IMG/VR virus record: IMGVR_UViG_3300044627_004253
Location: 2,513-66,512 of that record
From: a virus
Reading direction: 5' to 3' (one strand)
DNA length: 64,000 bases
A program made the position numbers and the translations under genes. The stretch's first letter is position 1. The number at the start of each line of letters is the position of its first letter. A model generated the notes under the pieces. That model searched no databases. It was not told where the DNA came from and saw only the letters and a program-made list of their open reading frames with translations. Below, piece by piece: positions 44,492 to 53,725 of the stretch.

Positions 44492-47028
44492 AGTTGTATT
44501 AGATTAACAAGTGCAGGTTCCAGTTCTTTCGCATGATCGCAAACCAGAATCTGCGTATCACTAGCTTCTAACTGCTGACCAAGATTTATCAACAATTCTT
44601 TTAGATTTTCTCTGGCTTCTTCATCTAAATGAGTTGACGGCTCATCCAACACAAGGAAACCCAAATCAGGTATGACCAATTGTTGCACAGCTAAAAGAAA
44701 GGCAATTGACAATCTTACCTTTTGTCCGCCGGATAACTTATCATGGTCAAACAGCACTTGTCCAGGTTCATCTATACGATAAAACATTAAGCTAACAGGC
44801 TTTTCAGAATTTGGAATAATGGCGAAGTTAGCATCCATAATTTCTAAATTTTCTTGAGTCATAGCGACAAGGCTGTCAAACTTATGTTGTACATAAGCCA
44901 TTGGAATACCTTGCCTTGAGAACGCAGAAACTATTTTCTGTAATTCGGTTATTACAGTCCTTTTGTCCTCATCAAGTTTAATCTTATTTTCAATTTCAAG
45001 AAGCCGCTTCTTAACACCGTCCGCCTGCGCTTTCAGTTGTTTAGTCTTAGCTTGTAATTCTGTGAATGCTTTATTCTTTTCTCTTAAGAATTCAATAGTA
45101 TTTACATTCGTGTCTTCTACGACTGTTTTTAAATGCAGAGGAAACTGAGTATATAACTCATCTGCTTTACTCCGGCTGTCTGATATTATTTTTGTCAGAA
45201 AAGCTATAGAAGTTTGATCTGCCGCTATAGCAGCTAAAAATCTATTGCATTTTACATTAGTGTCATTTGCAATATTGAAAGCATTTAAAAGAATACTTAA
45301 ATTCGCTTCTATGAATTTTATATCATCATTAAGTTTATTTGTGTCATAAAGTAAGAATTCTTTCTTTTCAGCCTCAGAAAACTTATTTACAATAGAGTTA
45401 ACATAATCATAGTCTGCTGCTATCTTAATTATTCTACCATTAAGTTCGTTTCTTTTTGCTTGTTGCGCAGTCAAAGAGGACAACTGACTTTGCAGCTGCG
45501 TTACATCTTCGTCTACGCCTGCCTTAAGCAACGCTATATTGGTTTTATATTGTTTAATGTAAAAATCTAACAGCGTCTGTCTTTGTGTAAGCTCATGCTG
45601 TGTAATACGGGCGGAGTTAGATAAAGCTGTATGTCTATCCTGCAACTCTTTTAACTGCTGTGTAGCTGCTGCTAATTTTTTATCATATACGGCAAATCTC
45701 TCTTTTAATTTTTCATGAGAAACATTTTCTCCGCATACAGGGCAATCGGCCGAGCACTGATTAGCTAGAGCAATCTTACAAGTGTCTGTAATAGTTTTAA
45801 ATAAAGAAGCTTCGTTTGAAACCCCATGCATGTAAATTTCAATCTCTTCTAAGCTCTTTGTTAAGCTGTTAACTTGAGCAACAAGCTTGTCTGCCAGTTC
45901 ACGATTTTTCTTACCTTCTTCAGTGGCCTGATTCAGATCCTGTTTGTATTTTAATCTATCTTGCTGGGATTTAATCCTAGCATTGAGATCGCTTATAACT
46001 TCCGCAGAAACTTCATCTGGGCACTCAACACGGGCTTTTTGCAATTCCAGCTTATTATTATATAGTCTCTCAATCAAGCTAGTATACTCTGTATGCCGGG
46101 AGACCATGGTATGTTTCTCGGATAAAGCCAATCTTGCTTTACTGATATTAGCGTTAACATCGGAAATGTATGCTTCTAAAGAAGAAACAGAATCAAATTT
46201 ATGTTTCAGCTCGCCAGAAATATTATTTAACGTATCGGTTAATCCTGCGTCATGCCCTCGCACGGAATTCGTATTCCCGTGCATTATAGATGCGCTTGAA
46301 TTAATAGTATCAATGAGTTTAGTCCACTCGTTAAATAAATTAATTTCAGACTCGTAGTTTCTGGTACGCATCAACGTATTCTCTGAAGCGGCTAACTCAG
46401 ATTCAGCTATATTTCTACTACTCTGTAACTCATCGTGTAGCGTGGAGAAATCTTGAATCTCAGCCGATAACATCTTTATCTTACCAGCAGCTACATCTGC
46501 AACTTTTTGCATATGGCCTAACAATAATAATTTAACCAGCAACTCCTCTCTTTCTGCCTGGGAACCAAAAAGGATTTTATCGAGTTGTCCTTGCTCTGGG
46601 AACACTGCGTTGTCCATGGCATATTTATCCACACCAAGAACATCGTTTAATGTCGCCTGAATTTCATCCGCACGCGTGAACGTCTCGCTTTTTATTTCAT
46701 TTCCATTCTCGTCCAGTTTACATAGCTTTCTAGAAGACGGTGACCCTACTTTTCTAGACAAGCGGTATACGCTACCTTGCGCATAGAATTCAATCTCAGC
46801 AAACCCCTGGGTAGGAAGTTGCTCAATTGTAGGATCTACTTTTCTAATAAAAGATTCTTGTGTTTCCTTAGCAGGAGTCCACCCGGTGAATAAGAAATGA
46901 ATAATTTTTAGAATAGTAGACTTGCCTGCGCCGTTTGGGCCCATCAATCCGATCACAGCGCCATCTAGAGTTTCTTCCAGATGTCTGTGCCTACCCAAAT
47001 TTTTTATTAACAGTTTTTTGATTCTCAT
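44488..47028 (-). CDS. sbcC: SbcC/Rad50-like ATPase
   Basis: GPNGAGKS, Q-loop PEQGQ, coiled coils with CPVC hook, LSGGQ, LVLDEP, CDH. Confidence 0.92.
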   Translation of the reverse strand: MRIKKLLIKNLGRHRHLEETLDGAVIGLMGPNGAGKSTILKIIHFLFTGWTPAKETQESFIRKVDPTIEQLPTQGFAEIEFYAQGSVYRLSRKVGSPSSRKLCKLDENGNEIKSETFTRADEIQATLNDVLGVDKYAMDNAVFPEQGQLDKILFGSQAEREELLVKLLLLGHMQKVADVAAGKIKMLSAEIQDFSTLHDELQSSRNIAESELAASENTLMRTRNYESEINLFNEWTKLIDTINSSASIMHGNTNSVRGHDAGLTDTLNNISGELKHKFDSVSSLEAYISDVNANISKARLALSEKHTMVSRHTEYTSLIERLYNNKLELQKARVECPDEVSAEVISDLNARIKSQQDRLKYKQDLNQATEEGKKNRELADKLVAQVNSLTKSLEEIEIYMHGVSNEASLFKTITDTCKIALANQCSADCPVCGENVSHEKLKERFAVYDKKLAAATQQLKELQDRHTALSNSARITQHELTQRQTLLDFYIKQYKTNIALLKAGVDEDVTQLQSQLSSLTAQQAKRNELNGRIIKIAADYDYVNSIVNKFSEAEKKEFLLYDTNKLNDDIKFIEANLSILLNAFNIANDTNVKCNRFLAAIAADQTSIAFLTKIISDSRSKADELYTQFPLHLKTVVEDTNVNTIEFLREKNKAFTELQAKTKQLKAQADGVKKRLLEIENKIKLDEDKRTVITELQKIVSAFSRQGIPMAYVQHKFDSLVAMTQENLEIMDANFAIIPNSEKPVSLMFYRIDEPGQVLFDHDKLSGGQKVRLSIAFLLAVQQLVIPDLGFLVLDEPSTHLDEEARENLKELLINLGQQLEASDTQILVCDHAKELEPALVNLIQL

Positions 47029-48133
47029 AAAGTCGTTTGTCGATGAAGGTTTCTATTAAGCTGGCAACTGAGGCGGATGGGTCACATAAAGAGTGAGCTA
47101 AAGCAAAAGAGTCAGATTCGTTTGGGAAGTAATCCCCAATAAAGTCTTCTGGCTTTTTATCAAAGGGATTACTAACTTTTCTTTTTGCTAAATTCAATAA
47201 TTTGAATCCGGCTTGCTGTAAGTTAGATATACGAATAATGCATTTATTAGTATCTAGAATGCGAGCAACCCGCATATATAAATCTGTGAACTTTGGATCC
47301 TTCCTCACTAATACCGTGGGATTTTGATTTTTCAAAGCATCGATCTTTAATAGTAGATTATTAGCTTCTTCATTAGTACGAATATCTTCTGCTATGATCG
47401 GCTTATTCAACTGCAGCGGAATAGAGTCAAACATGACTCGCCCCGTGTCCTCGATTGTTATTAATGAAACAAACTTTTCTACACTCTCATTCCGGGAGCA
47501 TAGCTCTGTAGAGCCAGGGTATCCGATCAGACAGTTATCCTTTCGTATATACTTATGTGTGTGGATGTCACCAAGCAGAATACAACTATATTTATCGTAG
47601 GGTAGATCAGATATTTGAAGAACTTTATCTCCAGCATCAAAGGAAGCAAAGTCTTTAACCAATGTGTGGAACATCATTATATCTGCGTGAGGAAAAGTGT
47701 CTTTCCTGGCCCTAAAATCGTCTGGAGCCATATCAGGGACCCCGTAGACTGTGTACTCTTTTCCGTTATTCCCTTTCATTGTCACTAACTGAAAGTCAAT
47801 ATCATAAATAGCACATTGTCCATTTTCTTGCATCTCTTCTTGCAGGACCTTAATCCAGGAAGGATGGCACTTATCGTGATTTCCGGTAATGATAAATAAC
47901 TTAATACCGTTGTTAAGAAGCTTTTGATTTAAATGTAAAAGATCCGCAATGTTTTTACTGCTAGGTCTCTTAGAATTTAAAACATCACCAGCGCAGAGGA
48001 TGTACTCAGCCCCATTTTGTTTTGCTAAATCTACAATTCTAAACACTGAATCTGTAAAGTCCTGCGCGCGAGAAGCCTTACCGAATTGCATATCTCTAAG
48101 GTGCCAGTCTGCTGTATGTATAATTTTAATCAT
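46991..48133 (-). CDS. sbcD: SbcD/Mre11-like nuclease
   Basis: HTADWH, AGD, GNHD, LGDIH, YPGS. Confidence 0.92.
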   Translation of the reverse strand: MIKIIHTADWHLRDMQFGKASRAQDFTDSVFRIVDLAKQNGAEYILCAGDVLNSKRPSSKNIADLLHLNQKLLNNGIKLFIITGNHDKCHPSWIKVLQEEMQENGQCAIYDIDFQLVTMKGNNGKEYTVYGVPDMAPDDFRARKDTFPHADIMMFHTLVKDFASFDAGDKVLQISDLPYDKYSCILLGDIHTHKYIRKDNCLIGYPGSTELCSRNESVEKFVSLITIEDTGRVMFDSIPLQLNKPIIAEDIRTNEEANNLLLKIDALKNQNPTVLVRKDPKFTDLYMRVARILDTNKCIIRISNLQQAGFKLLNLAKRKVSNPFDKKPEDFIGDYFPNESDSFALAHSLCDPSASVASLIETFIDKRLYENQKTVNKKFG

Positions 48134-48327
48134 ATATGTCTGCTAGATTTTCTACATTTATCTTTGTCTATTTTATTTTTTAACAACCTACCATATTCTT
48201 TGGACACTTCGTTATATGGTAAGGCGTCCCACACGCTAAGTTTTTTTCTGTCTCTAACATTACATTCAGCCTGTATAGCCATACCCGCCTGTTCTCTACG
48301 GCAGTGTGCTTTATCGTATGAACTCAT
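48130..48327 (-). CDS. small hypothetical protein
   Basis: 65 aa, ATGA overlaps at both ends. Confidence 0.5.
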   Translation of the reverse strand: MSSYDKAHCRREQAGMAIQAECNVRDRKKLSVWDALPYNEVSKEYGRLLKNKIDKDKCRKSSRHI

Positions 48328-48548
48328 GATCTTAAATATGCTACGTCTTTCTGCCGTCTCAGCCTTAGGGCTTGATCCCTTGTTAGTCCAACAAATTCTC
48401 CCGGGTGGAAGGAGGTCTCGTCTGGATAATATTCAAAGAGCATTTCTTCTTCTTCTTCTGCATCTTCATATGTTACCCACACCTGAGGCATAGGGTCAAA
48501 TAAACTTTTTGGTTGTTCTGTGATTCGTGCTTTTGTTACTCTTATCAT
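48324..48548 (-). CDS. small hypothetical protein
   Basis: 74 aa, A/C-rich leader. Confidence 0.65.
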   Translation of the reverse strand: MIRVTKARITEQPKSLFDPMPQVWVTYEDAEEEEEMLFEYYPDETSFHPGEFVGLTRDQALRLRRQKDVAYLRS

Positions 48549-48565
48549 ATGCTTGTTGTTGTTTA

Positions 48566-48604
48566 ATAGATAAAAGAAAAGCGCGTGTAAACACGCGCTT
48601 TTCT
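48566..48604 (-). terminator. terminator followed by TATCTAT
   Basis: AGAAAAGCGCGTG/CACGCGCTTTTCT then TTTATCTAT. Confidence 0.7.
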
Positions 48605-48626
48605 ACAACTCATCCGCGTTTATACG

Positions 48627-49028
48627 CTATTCGCCATCAGACCCTAGAGCAGCAAGCTGCGCTTCGATTTCCTCTGGTGTCAGTTTTTCCAGAGAAGCGA
48701 TACGCTGCCGCTGCAGAAGGTCCTGAAGGAACGCTTTCTGCGAGGCCTTAGCTGCGCGAGCCTTGGATGTTTCAATTTCAAGCATCTTTGTTTCAATGAC
48801 ATAGGACACAAGCTCAAATAAGCCCTGTTCCTCTGCCGTACTTTCCGTGCGTTTAGCGATGAAGGACTTACGTCCTCCTTTTTGAATTTTCTCATCAAGA
48901 GCCACAGCGATCTTATCGAGATCTTCAAGCTTAAGGTGCCAGAGATCCTCAAAGGTCAGGTGTCCCTTAGTGGATGCGAAGCGCCACTGCTTACGAGCGG
49001 CGGTTACTAATAGTGTTTCGAGTGACAT
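48627..49028 (-). CDS. conserved phage helical protein
   Basis: RFASTKGHLTFEDLWHL...SFI motif, coiled-coil C-terminus. Confidence 0.7.
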   Translation of the reverse strand: MSLETLLVTAARKQWRFASTKGHLTFEDLWHLKLEDLDKIAVALDEKIQKGGRKSFIAKRTESTAEEQGLFELVSYVIETKMLEIETSKARAAKASQKAFLQDLLQRQRIASLEKLTPEEIEAQLAALGSDGE

Positions 49029-49059
49029 TGTGTTTTACGTTTTGGTTTGGTTTGGTTTG

Positions 49060-49257
49060 TTAATCTATTTTATTCTCTGGGGTTATCCAAAGTTTAATTC
49101 CTAATATTGAAGCCATGATAGCATACACCCACAAACCTGTAAGGATAAGCGGCTGCGTCTTATATGCTACCCATTCCCTGCCGCTATCAATACACGTAAT
49201 GTATACCATAGCGCCCGGATAAAGGATCCAAATAAGAATGACTATAAATTTTTTCAT
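49060..49257 (-). CDS. small membrane protein
   Basis: two hydrophobic segments. Confidence 0.55.
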   Translation of the reverse strand: MKKFIVILIWILYPGAMVYITCIDSGREWVAYKTQPLILTGLWVYAIMASILGIKLWITPENKID

Positions 49258-49258
49258 A

Positions 49259-51265
49259 TTAGAACTTAACTTTTAGGACACGCTTAAACGTGCCCTCTGC
49301 TTCTACAAAAAGATGATTTCGCATGGTATCAGAAAATCCAATACCAGACAGCTCATCTTCAGCTTTGTCCACGTTTACCTTACTGCCCAGAATCTCAAAG
49401 ACCTTGCGATCAGCGTTAAGCTCAGGCTTTAGGAATTCATTAAAGAACGGACGAGTTTTCTCATCCGACTTACAACCTTCCAGGAAAAAGAAGAAATGTT
49501 TATTACCGACAGCATCATTCCAGTAGTTAGGCGAGGCGGTGACCGCGCGGACAGGAACAAACTGCCCAGTTTTAACACCCCACTTCTCCCGGCTATTATA
49601 CTTGGACACATTTGAAGTTCCGGTGGAACCTTTAAATTTAATACCATCTTTCTTGGTATAATCAAATTCCACAATATTGAAATTTTTACCGGTAGCCGCG
49701 TTTGTGGCCGAAGTAAAAATTTCTGTCTCGCCGTTGTATTCAATTTCCAATTCAAACCCGCCATCCCCGTTATCCCGGCGACAGTAGTTATTAACAACTA
49801 CTCTATATGTGCCTTCAATTTTTGGTTCTTTCCCCCAAAAGATATTTTCAACTGGCTCTCTGCTAGCTCCGCCGCCAGCATTCATATCTACATCTAGCAT
49901 ACCGCCAGAAGGGGAGATAGAACGTTTATTAGCGAAATAAATGCGATACCCCGCGCCAGCTGGAGGCTCGAAAACATGAAGGTCCAAATCATCGTAATTG
50001 TGCCACGCTAAGCTGATGCGCAGAACACCTGTAACGTTACCACCCACAGCTTTTACACGCTCTTTAATAGAATCAGTAACATCGCCAGTATAAGCCCAAG
50101 AGAAGTTATTTCCCCACTTAAACATAGTCGGGTCGTTCGGATTCTTACCGCCTACAAGACTTACGAAATTAGGCATGTGGCTATTCTCCAATAAAACTTT
50201 AACAGACTTGCAGGTAGGGAGTACCTTGTCTACAAAGTCTTGAATACTAATTTCTTCAACCTTATTGAGGCTCTTAGGATTAATGATCGAGTCCTTCTTC
50301 AGTTCAGAGAAGACATCAGAAGGAGTTGCCGCAGATGCTCTGTGAACAAATAATGTATTATCCACTGTCAGATCCCTTCCATCAAGAAGCCGACGCTCCA
50401 GAGAACCCAGCATACCAAGTTCAGTAAGGCGTTGCTGGGCTTGCTCCACCATTCTAGGCGTTACCAATGAAGTTGGGCGTTTGTAGTTAGCCGGAGCTAC
50501 TACGCGCTCAAATGCAGTAACGGCGCTGTCCAAATCTCTGCCTTCTGAAAGGTCATTAAGCAGAGTACCAATAGACGTATTACGAATACGACAGACAGAC
50601 GCTGAAGTGGTTGTGGCTTTAGTCCAGCAGAAGTTATCGCGCAGCGCTACTGGCACTTTCTTAAACTCTTTTTGGATTACACTAAAAGCATCAACACTAG
50701 CTTTGTGCTCTGCTCCGCGATACAGCGAATTTTGAGATATCAATTCTAAAACAGTAGCTACTGCCTCATCCGTGATTTCTTCCAAGGATCTTTTAAGAAC
50801 GCTCTTATCGTCCCGGAAAGCGCCCTGAGCAGGCCCAATTTGCGGCTCGCTCTTAACAGCAGAAGAAGGAAGTGTGACAAAATAATGTTCCCAGACAATA
50901 GACCTTTTCACATCTGGCGTCTTGTCCGTACCTAATTTTGGAAATGAATTTAAAAATTTATTTTCAATAGGTAAAGAAACAATATAATTCCTTAGTGCTT
51001 TAACAGAGGCACTGTATTCCGGGTCATCGCATTCAAAATCCCACAGAGTAAGAATTTTGTTGTCTTTGATTCCCACGATACACGCGAACTGTCTTATGAA
51101 TGACTTACAACAGTTACAGGTGTTTTCCTGTTTGTGCTGCGCAGGGAAGGCATTCAGGTAGATGTCCCATATTTTTTCTTTATCAACACCCACATAAAAA
51201 AGAGGGCCGTTTTCTTGAAGCTCATTGAAGCGCTTCTGTACTTTGTTTTTGATGTCTTTGAACAT
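49259..51265 (-). CDS. large conserved phage protein with YfaP/DUF2135-like domain (start revised to MFKDIK)
   Basis: CNCCKSF, VAPANYKRP, LRISLAW...DDLDLH, LDVDMN, PVENIFW; the track start at 51322 lies inside the promoter motif. Confidence 0.7.
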   Translation of the reverse strand: MFKDIKNKVQKRFNELQENGPLFYVGVDKEKIWDIYLNAFPAQHKQENTCNCCKSFIRQFACIVGIKDNKILTLWDFECDDPEYSASVKALRNYIVSLPIENKFLNSFPKLGTDKTPDVKRSIVWEHYFVTLPSSAVKSEPQIGPAQGAFRDDKSVLKRSLEEITDEAVATVLELISQNSLYRGAEHKASVDAFSVIQKEFKKVPVALRDNFCWTKATTTSASVCRIRNTSIGTLLNDLSEGRDLDSAVTAFERVVAPANYKRPTSLVTPRMVEQAQQRLTELGMLGSLERRLLDGRDLTVDNTLFVHRASAATPSDVFSELKKDSIINPKSLNKVEEISIQDFVDKVLPTCKSVKVLLENSHMPNFVSLVGGKNPNDPTMFKWGNNFSWAYTGDVTDSIKERVKAVGGNVTGVLRISLAWHNYDDLDLHVFEPPAGAGYRIYFANKRSISPSGGMLDVDMNAGGGASREPVENIFWGKEPKIEGTYRVVVNNYCRRDNGDGGFELEIEYNGETEIFTSATNAATGKNFNIVEFDYTKKDGIKFKGSTGTSNVSKYNSREKWGVKTGQFVPVRAVTASPNYWNDAVGNKHFFFFLEGCKSDEKTRPFFNEFLKPELNADRKVFEILGSKVNVDKAEDELSGIGFSDTMRNHLFVEAEGTFKRVLKVKF

Positions 51266-51310
51266 ATGCTGTCTTAAGTACGTCCTAGATAATTCCGGTG
51301 CGTACAAATT

Positions 51311-51338
51311 TATATAACACAAACAGGATATCTATTAC
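51311..51338 (-). promoter_or_regulatory. phage promoter-like motif copy 5
   Basis: GTAATAG-N10-TGTGTTATATA. Confidence 0.7.
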
Positions 51339-51345
51339 GTATACG

Positions 51346-51380
51346 ATAAATAAAAAGAAGAGACCCGAGAGTCTCTTCTT
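51346..51380 (-). terminator. terminator followed by TATTTAT
   Basis: AAGAAGAGAC/GTCTCTTCTT then TTTATTTATC. Confidence 0.65.
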
Positions 51381-51386
51381 TATAGT

Positions 51387-51689
51387 TTAACCATCAATGA
51401 TGCGGAACTTAGAACTTCCGTTCACTAACAGTTTAAGGCGACCCCAAAACTCTTTACCCGTTTTAATCGGGGTATACTTTGCCGCGTGAGCGCAAAGCAT
51501 AGCCCTTTGTTTTGGCGAGCAGCGGCGAACCCATTGCGGGCACATCGCTTCCAAGTTCTTGCACACGGCGAGCTTTATGAACATGCTCACCTCCTTTTTT
51601 GTGGTGACTGGTTTCACCAGTTCCAGCGCTAACTCTGGACGGCATCCGCGTATCTCTGATGCCAGAATTGTTTGCCTAGCTAGTTTCAT
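51387..51689 (-). CDS. small basic hypothetical protein
   Basis: 100 aa, between promoter copy 6 and a terminator. Confidence 0.6.
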   Translation of the reverse strand: MKLARQTILASEIRGCRPELALELVKPVTTKKEVSMFIKLAVCKNLEAMCPQWVRRCSPKQRAMLCAHAAKYTPIKTGKEFWGRLKLLVNGSSKFRIIDG

Positions 51690-51744
51690 TTGATGTTGTT
51701 GTTATTGAATTTGACATAAGAGTTTGCTGACTCCACATCAAATT

Positions 51745-51772
51745 TATATAACACAAATTATATAGCTATATC
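51745..51772 (-). promoter_or_regulatory. phage promoter-like motif copy 6
   Basis: GATATAG-N10-TGTGTTATATA. Confidence 0.6.
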
Positions 51773-51774
51773 GG

Positions 51775-51800
51775 ATAAATAAAAAAAGGACTCGCGGTCC
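51775..51800 (-). terminator. terminator followed by TATTTAT
   Basis: GGAC-CGCGA-GTCC then TTTTTTTATTTATC. Confidence 0.55.
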
Positions 51801-51837
51801 TATCTCACAACTTCAAGGCATGTGACGCCTGCGGGGA

Positions 51838-52011
51838 TTACTCCTCCATTATCACAATGCCATGCACTGCGCTGATGGAGAAGTCCTCTTCCAAACTACG
51901 AAGGGCTTCCTCTGGCTTTGTGCCCGAGCGGTGGGAGCACCAGCAACCGTCCTGGGCTGATTGCATTGCGTAAAGACTGTGCCCAGTGAACCGTATTTCA
52001 AACATGTACAT
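51838..52011 (-). CDS. 57-aa hypothetical peptide
   Basis: MYMFEIRFTGHSLYAMQ...; between promoter copy 7 and a terminator. Confidence 0.5.
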   Translation of the reverse strand: MYMFEIRFTGHSLYAMQSAQDGCWCSHRSGTKPEEALRSLEEDFSISAVHGIVIMEE

Positions 52012-52076
52012 ATTTTTTAAATTTTAAATTAACATTTGAGTATTCCGCACACAATTATTGCGTAGGCATACAATTA

Positions 52077-52104
52077 TATATAGCACAAAGGGGTACTCTA
52101 TTGC
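52077..52104 (-). promoter_or_regulatory. phage promoter-like motif copy 7, overlapping the hairpin after thyA
   Basis: GCAATAG-N10-TGTGCTATATA; GCAATA forms the loop of a 13-bp inverted repeat. Confidence 0.65.
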
Positions 52105-52135
52105 GAGTACCCCTTTGGTAAATATGTTAGGTTAA

Positions 52136-53329
52136 TTAAATAGAAATCTCCGCTTTAATAGCTGGATAAAACTCATACCCTTTAAGAATGAAATCTTCAA
52201 ACTTAAAGTCATCAATATTTTTTATAGCAGCATTGATATCCATGATTGGACTTTCAAGAGGTTCTCTAGAGAGTTGGAGTTTAGCCTGCTCAATATGATT
52301 TGCGTACAGATGGGCATCACCGATTGTGTGAATAAATTCGTACGGCTTATATCCGGTAACTTGCGCTACCATCATGAGTAGTAAGGCATAACTGGAAATA
52401 TTGACTGGAACTCCTATAAATAAATCTGCGCTGCGCTGATACATATGCAGACTTAATCTTTTTTCGTCATCCGTATAAAACTGTATTATGTTGCCATGGC
52501 AAGGAGGAAGATTCATTTTGTCCACCTCATGCGGGTTATACAAGCTTATCAGGAGCCTACGACTTTGAGGGTTGTGTTTTATTTCTGCAATAACTTCTTT
52601 GAGTTGGTCGATTACGCGTGTACGACAAACTTTACCAGCTTCATGCACGTATTCAAAAGCAGACCATCCGTGATGCGTATGTAACTCTCCGTTTAAACAG
52701 CGGTGTACGGCAGAAATATTTAAATCAAATTTTCTTTTAGCTTCGCCTATAGACCGTAAGAAAACTTCTTCTCCTTCGGTATTAATACATTTAAAAGGTC
52801 TATTAGTGGAAGTGTTGTACCCTTGCTCGAGTTTAGAAGACCACATGCACGTTTCCTTGCTATAGTAGTTAGCTGCGAAGCGGACATCTTTATCTAACTC
52901 ATATTCGGCCCCATACTCAACACGACAAGCCCAGTTCGTGAGCGTACGGGCATCCTTGTTGAAATTAGAGAAGCAAAGCCACGAGGGGTGTACATGCACT
53001 CCCTTAGCGCCATAGCTTGCGTAAGAATCACTTGCTACATTGTAGCAGCGGCGAAGCATTTCTCGCCATACAGTTTTAAGAAGAGTAGTGTGCTCGTCCT
53101 CTTCAAACTCACCGTAATAGCCTACTCCGTAGACTGATTGGCAATAAGGGTCTTTTATAGAGTCGTGTTGTACGGTCGCGTAATCTACTCTTTTAGTGTA
53201 CCCAGTATTATGGAATTTTACATCAAATTGGTTTCTACCAGCAGGATCAATAATTTCTTTTACTACAGTACATAAACCGCATTCTTTTGTTTCTATAATT
53301 TTACCTAGATAAACAGACTCACCACACAA
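52136..53329 (-). CDS. thyA: HNH-type endonuclease domain fused to the C-terminal part of thymidylate synthase
   Basis: WREMLRRCY...YGAKGV...ELDKD...YSKETC and HTH, then IDQL, SRRL, LPPCH, YQRSADLFIGVPVN, GDAHLY. Confidence 0.85.
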   Translation of the reverse strand: MCGESVYLGKIIETKECGLCTVVKEIIDPAGRNQFDVKFHNTGYTKRVDYATVQHDSIKDPYCQSVYGVGYYGEFEEDEHTTLLKTVWREMLRRCYNVASDSYASYGAKGVHVHPSWLCFSNFNKDARTLTNWACRVEYGAEYELDKDVRFAANYYSKETCMWSSKLEQGYNTSTNRPFKCINTEGEEVFLRSIGEAKRKFDLNISAVHRCLNGELHTHHGWSAFEYVHEAGKVCRTRVIDQLKEVIAEIKHNPQSRRLLISLYNPHEVDKMNLPPCHGNIIQFYTDDEKRLSLHMYQRSADLFIGVPVNISSYALLLMMVAQVTGYKPYEFIHTIGDAHLYANHIEQAKLQLSREPLESPIMDINAAIKNIDDFKFEDFILKGYEFYPAIKAEISI

Positions 53330-53409
53330 ATGGTCTTATCAAAAGTATTTTTTAGTATTAATTCTGAAGCGTCTTGTACCCTTGTTTTAGGCTCAACCCA
53401 ATAAGAGTG
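52613..53409 (-). mobile_element. endonuclease insertion in thyA without intein or intron hallmarks (boundaries approximate)
   Basis: about 800 nt between GKQLRNIE and IDQL. Confidence 0.65.
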
Positions 53410-53721
53410 TTCAATATTTCTGAGTTGTTTACCGTAAATTGGCCCTAATTCGCCAGTGTCTGGATCCGCCCAATCTCGCCAGAAACTGACCTTATACTTT
53501 TCCTCCAGATAATGAGCGTTTGTATTACCTTCTATAAACCATAGAAGTTCACCAATTACTCCCCGGGTGAAGAGTTTCTTAGTAGTAACAATTGGAAACC
53601 CTTCAGTCAGGTTGTATCTACTCTGCGTACCAAACACAGAGATAGTTCCAGTACCCGTCCTGTCCATTCGGTAGATACCGTTTTCCAGAACATTTCTCAG
53701 TAGCTTATGATATTCTAACAT
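53305..53721 (-). CDS. thyA: thymidylate synthase N-terminal part
   Basis: DRTGTGT, FPIVTTKK, ELLWF, LGPIYGKQLR. Confidence 0.9.
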   Translation of the reverse strand: MLEYHKLLRNVLENGIYRMDRTGTGTISVFGTQSRYNLTEGFPIVTTKKLFTRGVIGELLWFIEGNTNAHYLEEKYKVSFWRDWADPDTGELGPIYGKQLRNIEHSYWVEPKTRVQDASELILKNTFDKTICVVSLFI

Positions 53722-53725
53722 AACT

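Noticed and set aside
49041-49060. GGTTT period-5 repeat (also near 1583) as a guide array for the RAMP-like protein
   Set aside because: Only 2-3 invariant units; better explained as an AAACC-rich translation leader on the minus strand.
53347-53353. A-AAA-AAT slippery heptamer as the thyA -1 frameshift site
   Set aside because: The -1 frame hits TGA and TAA within a few codons, before the downstream ORF opens.
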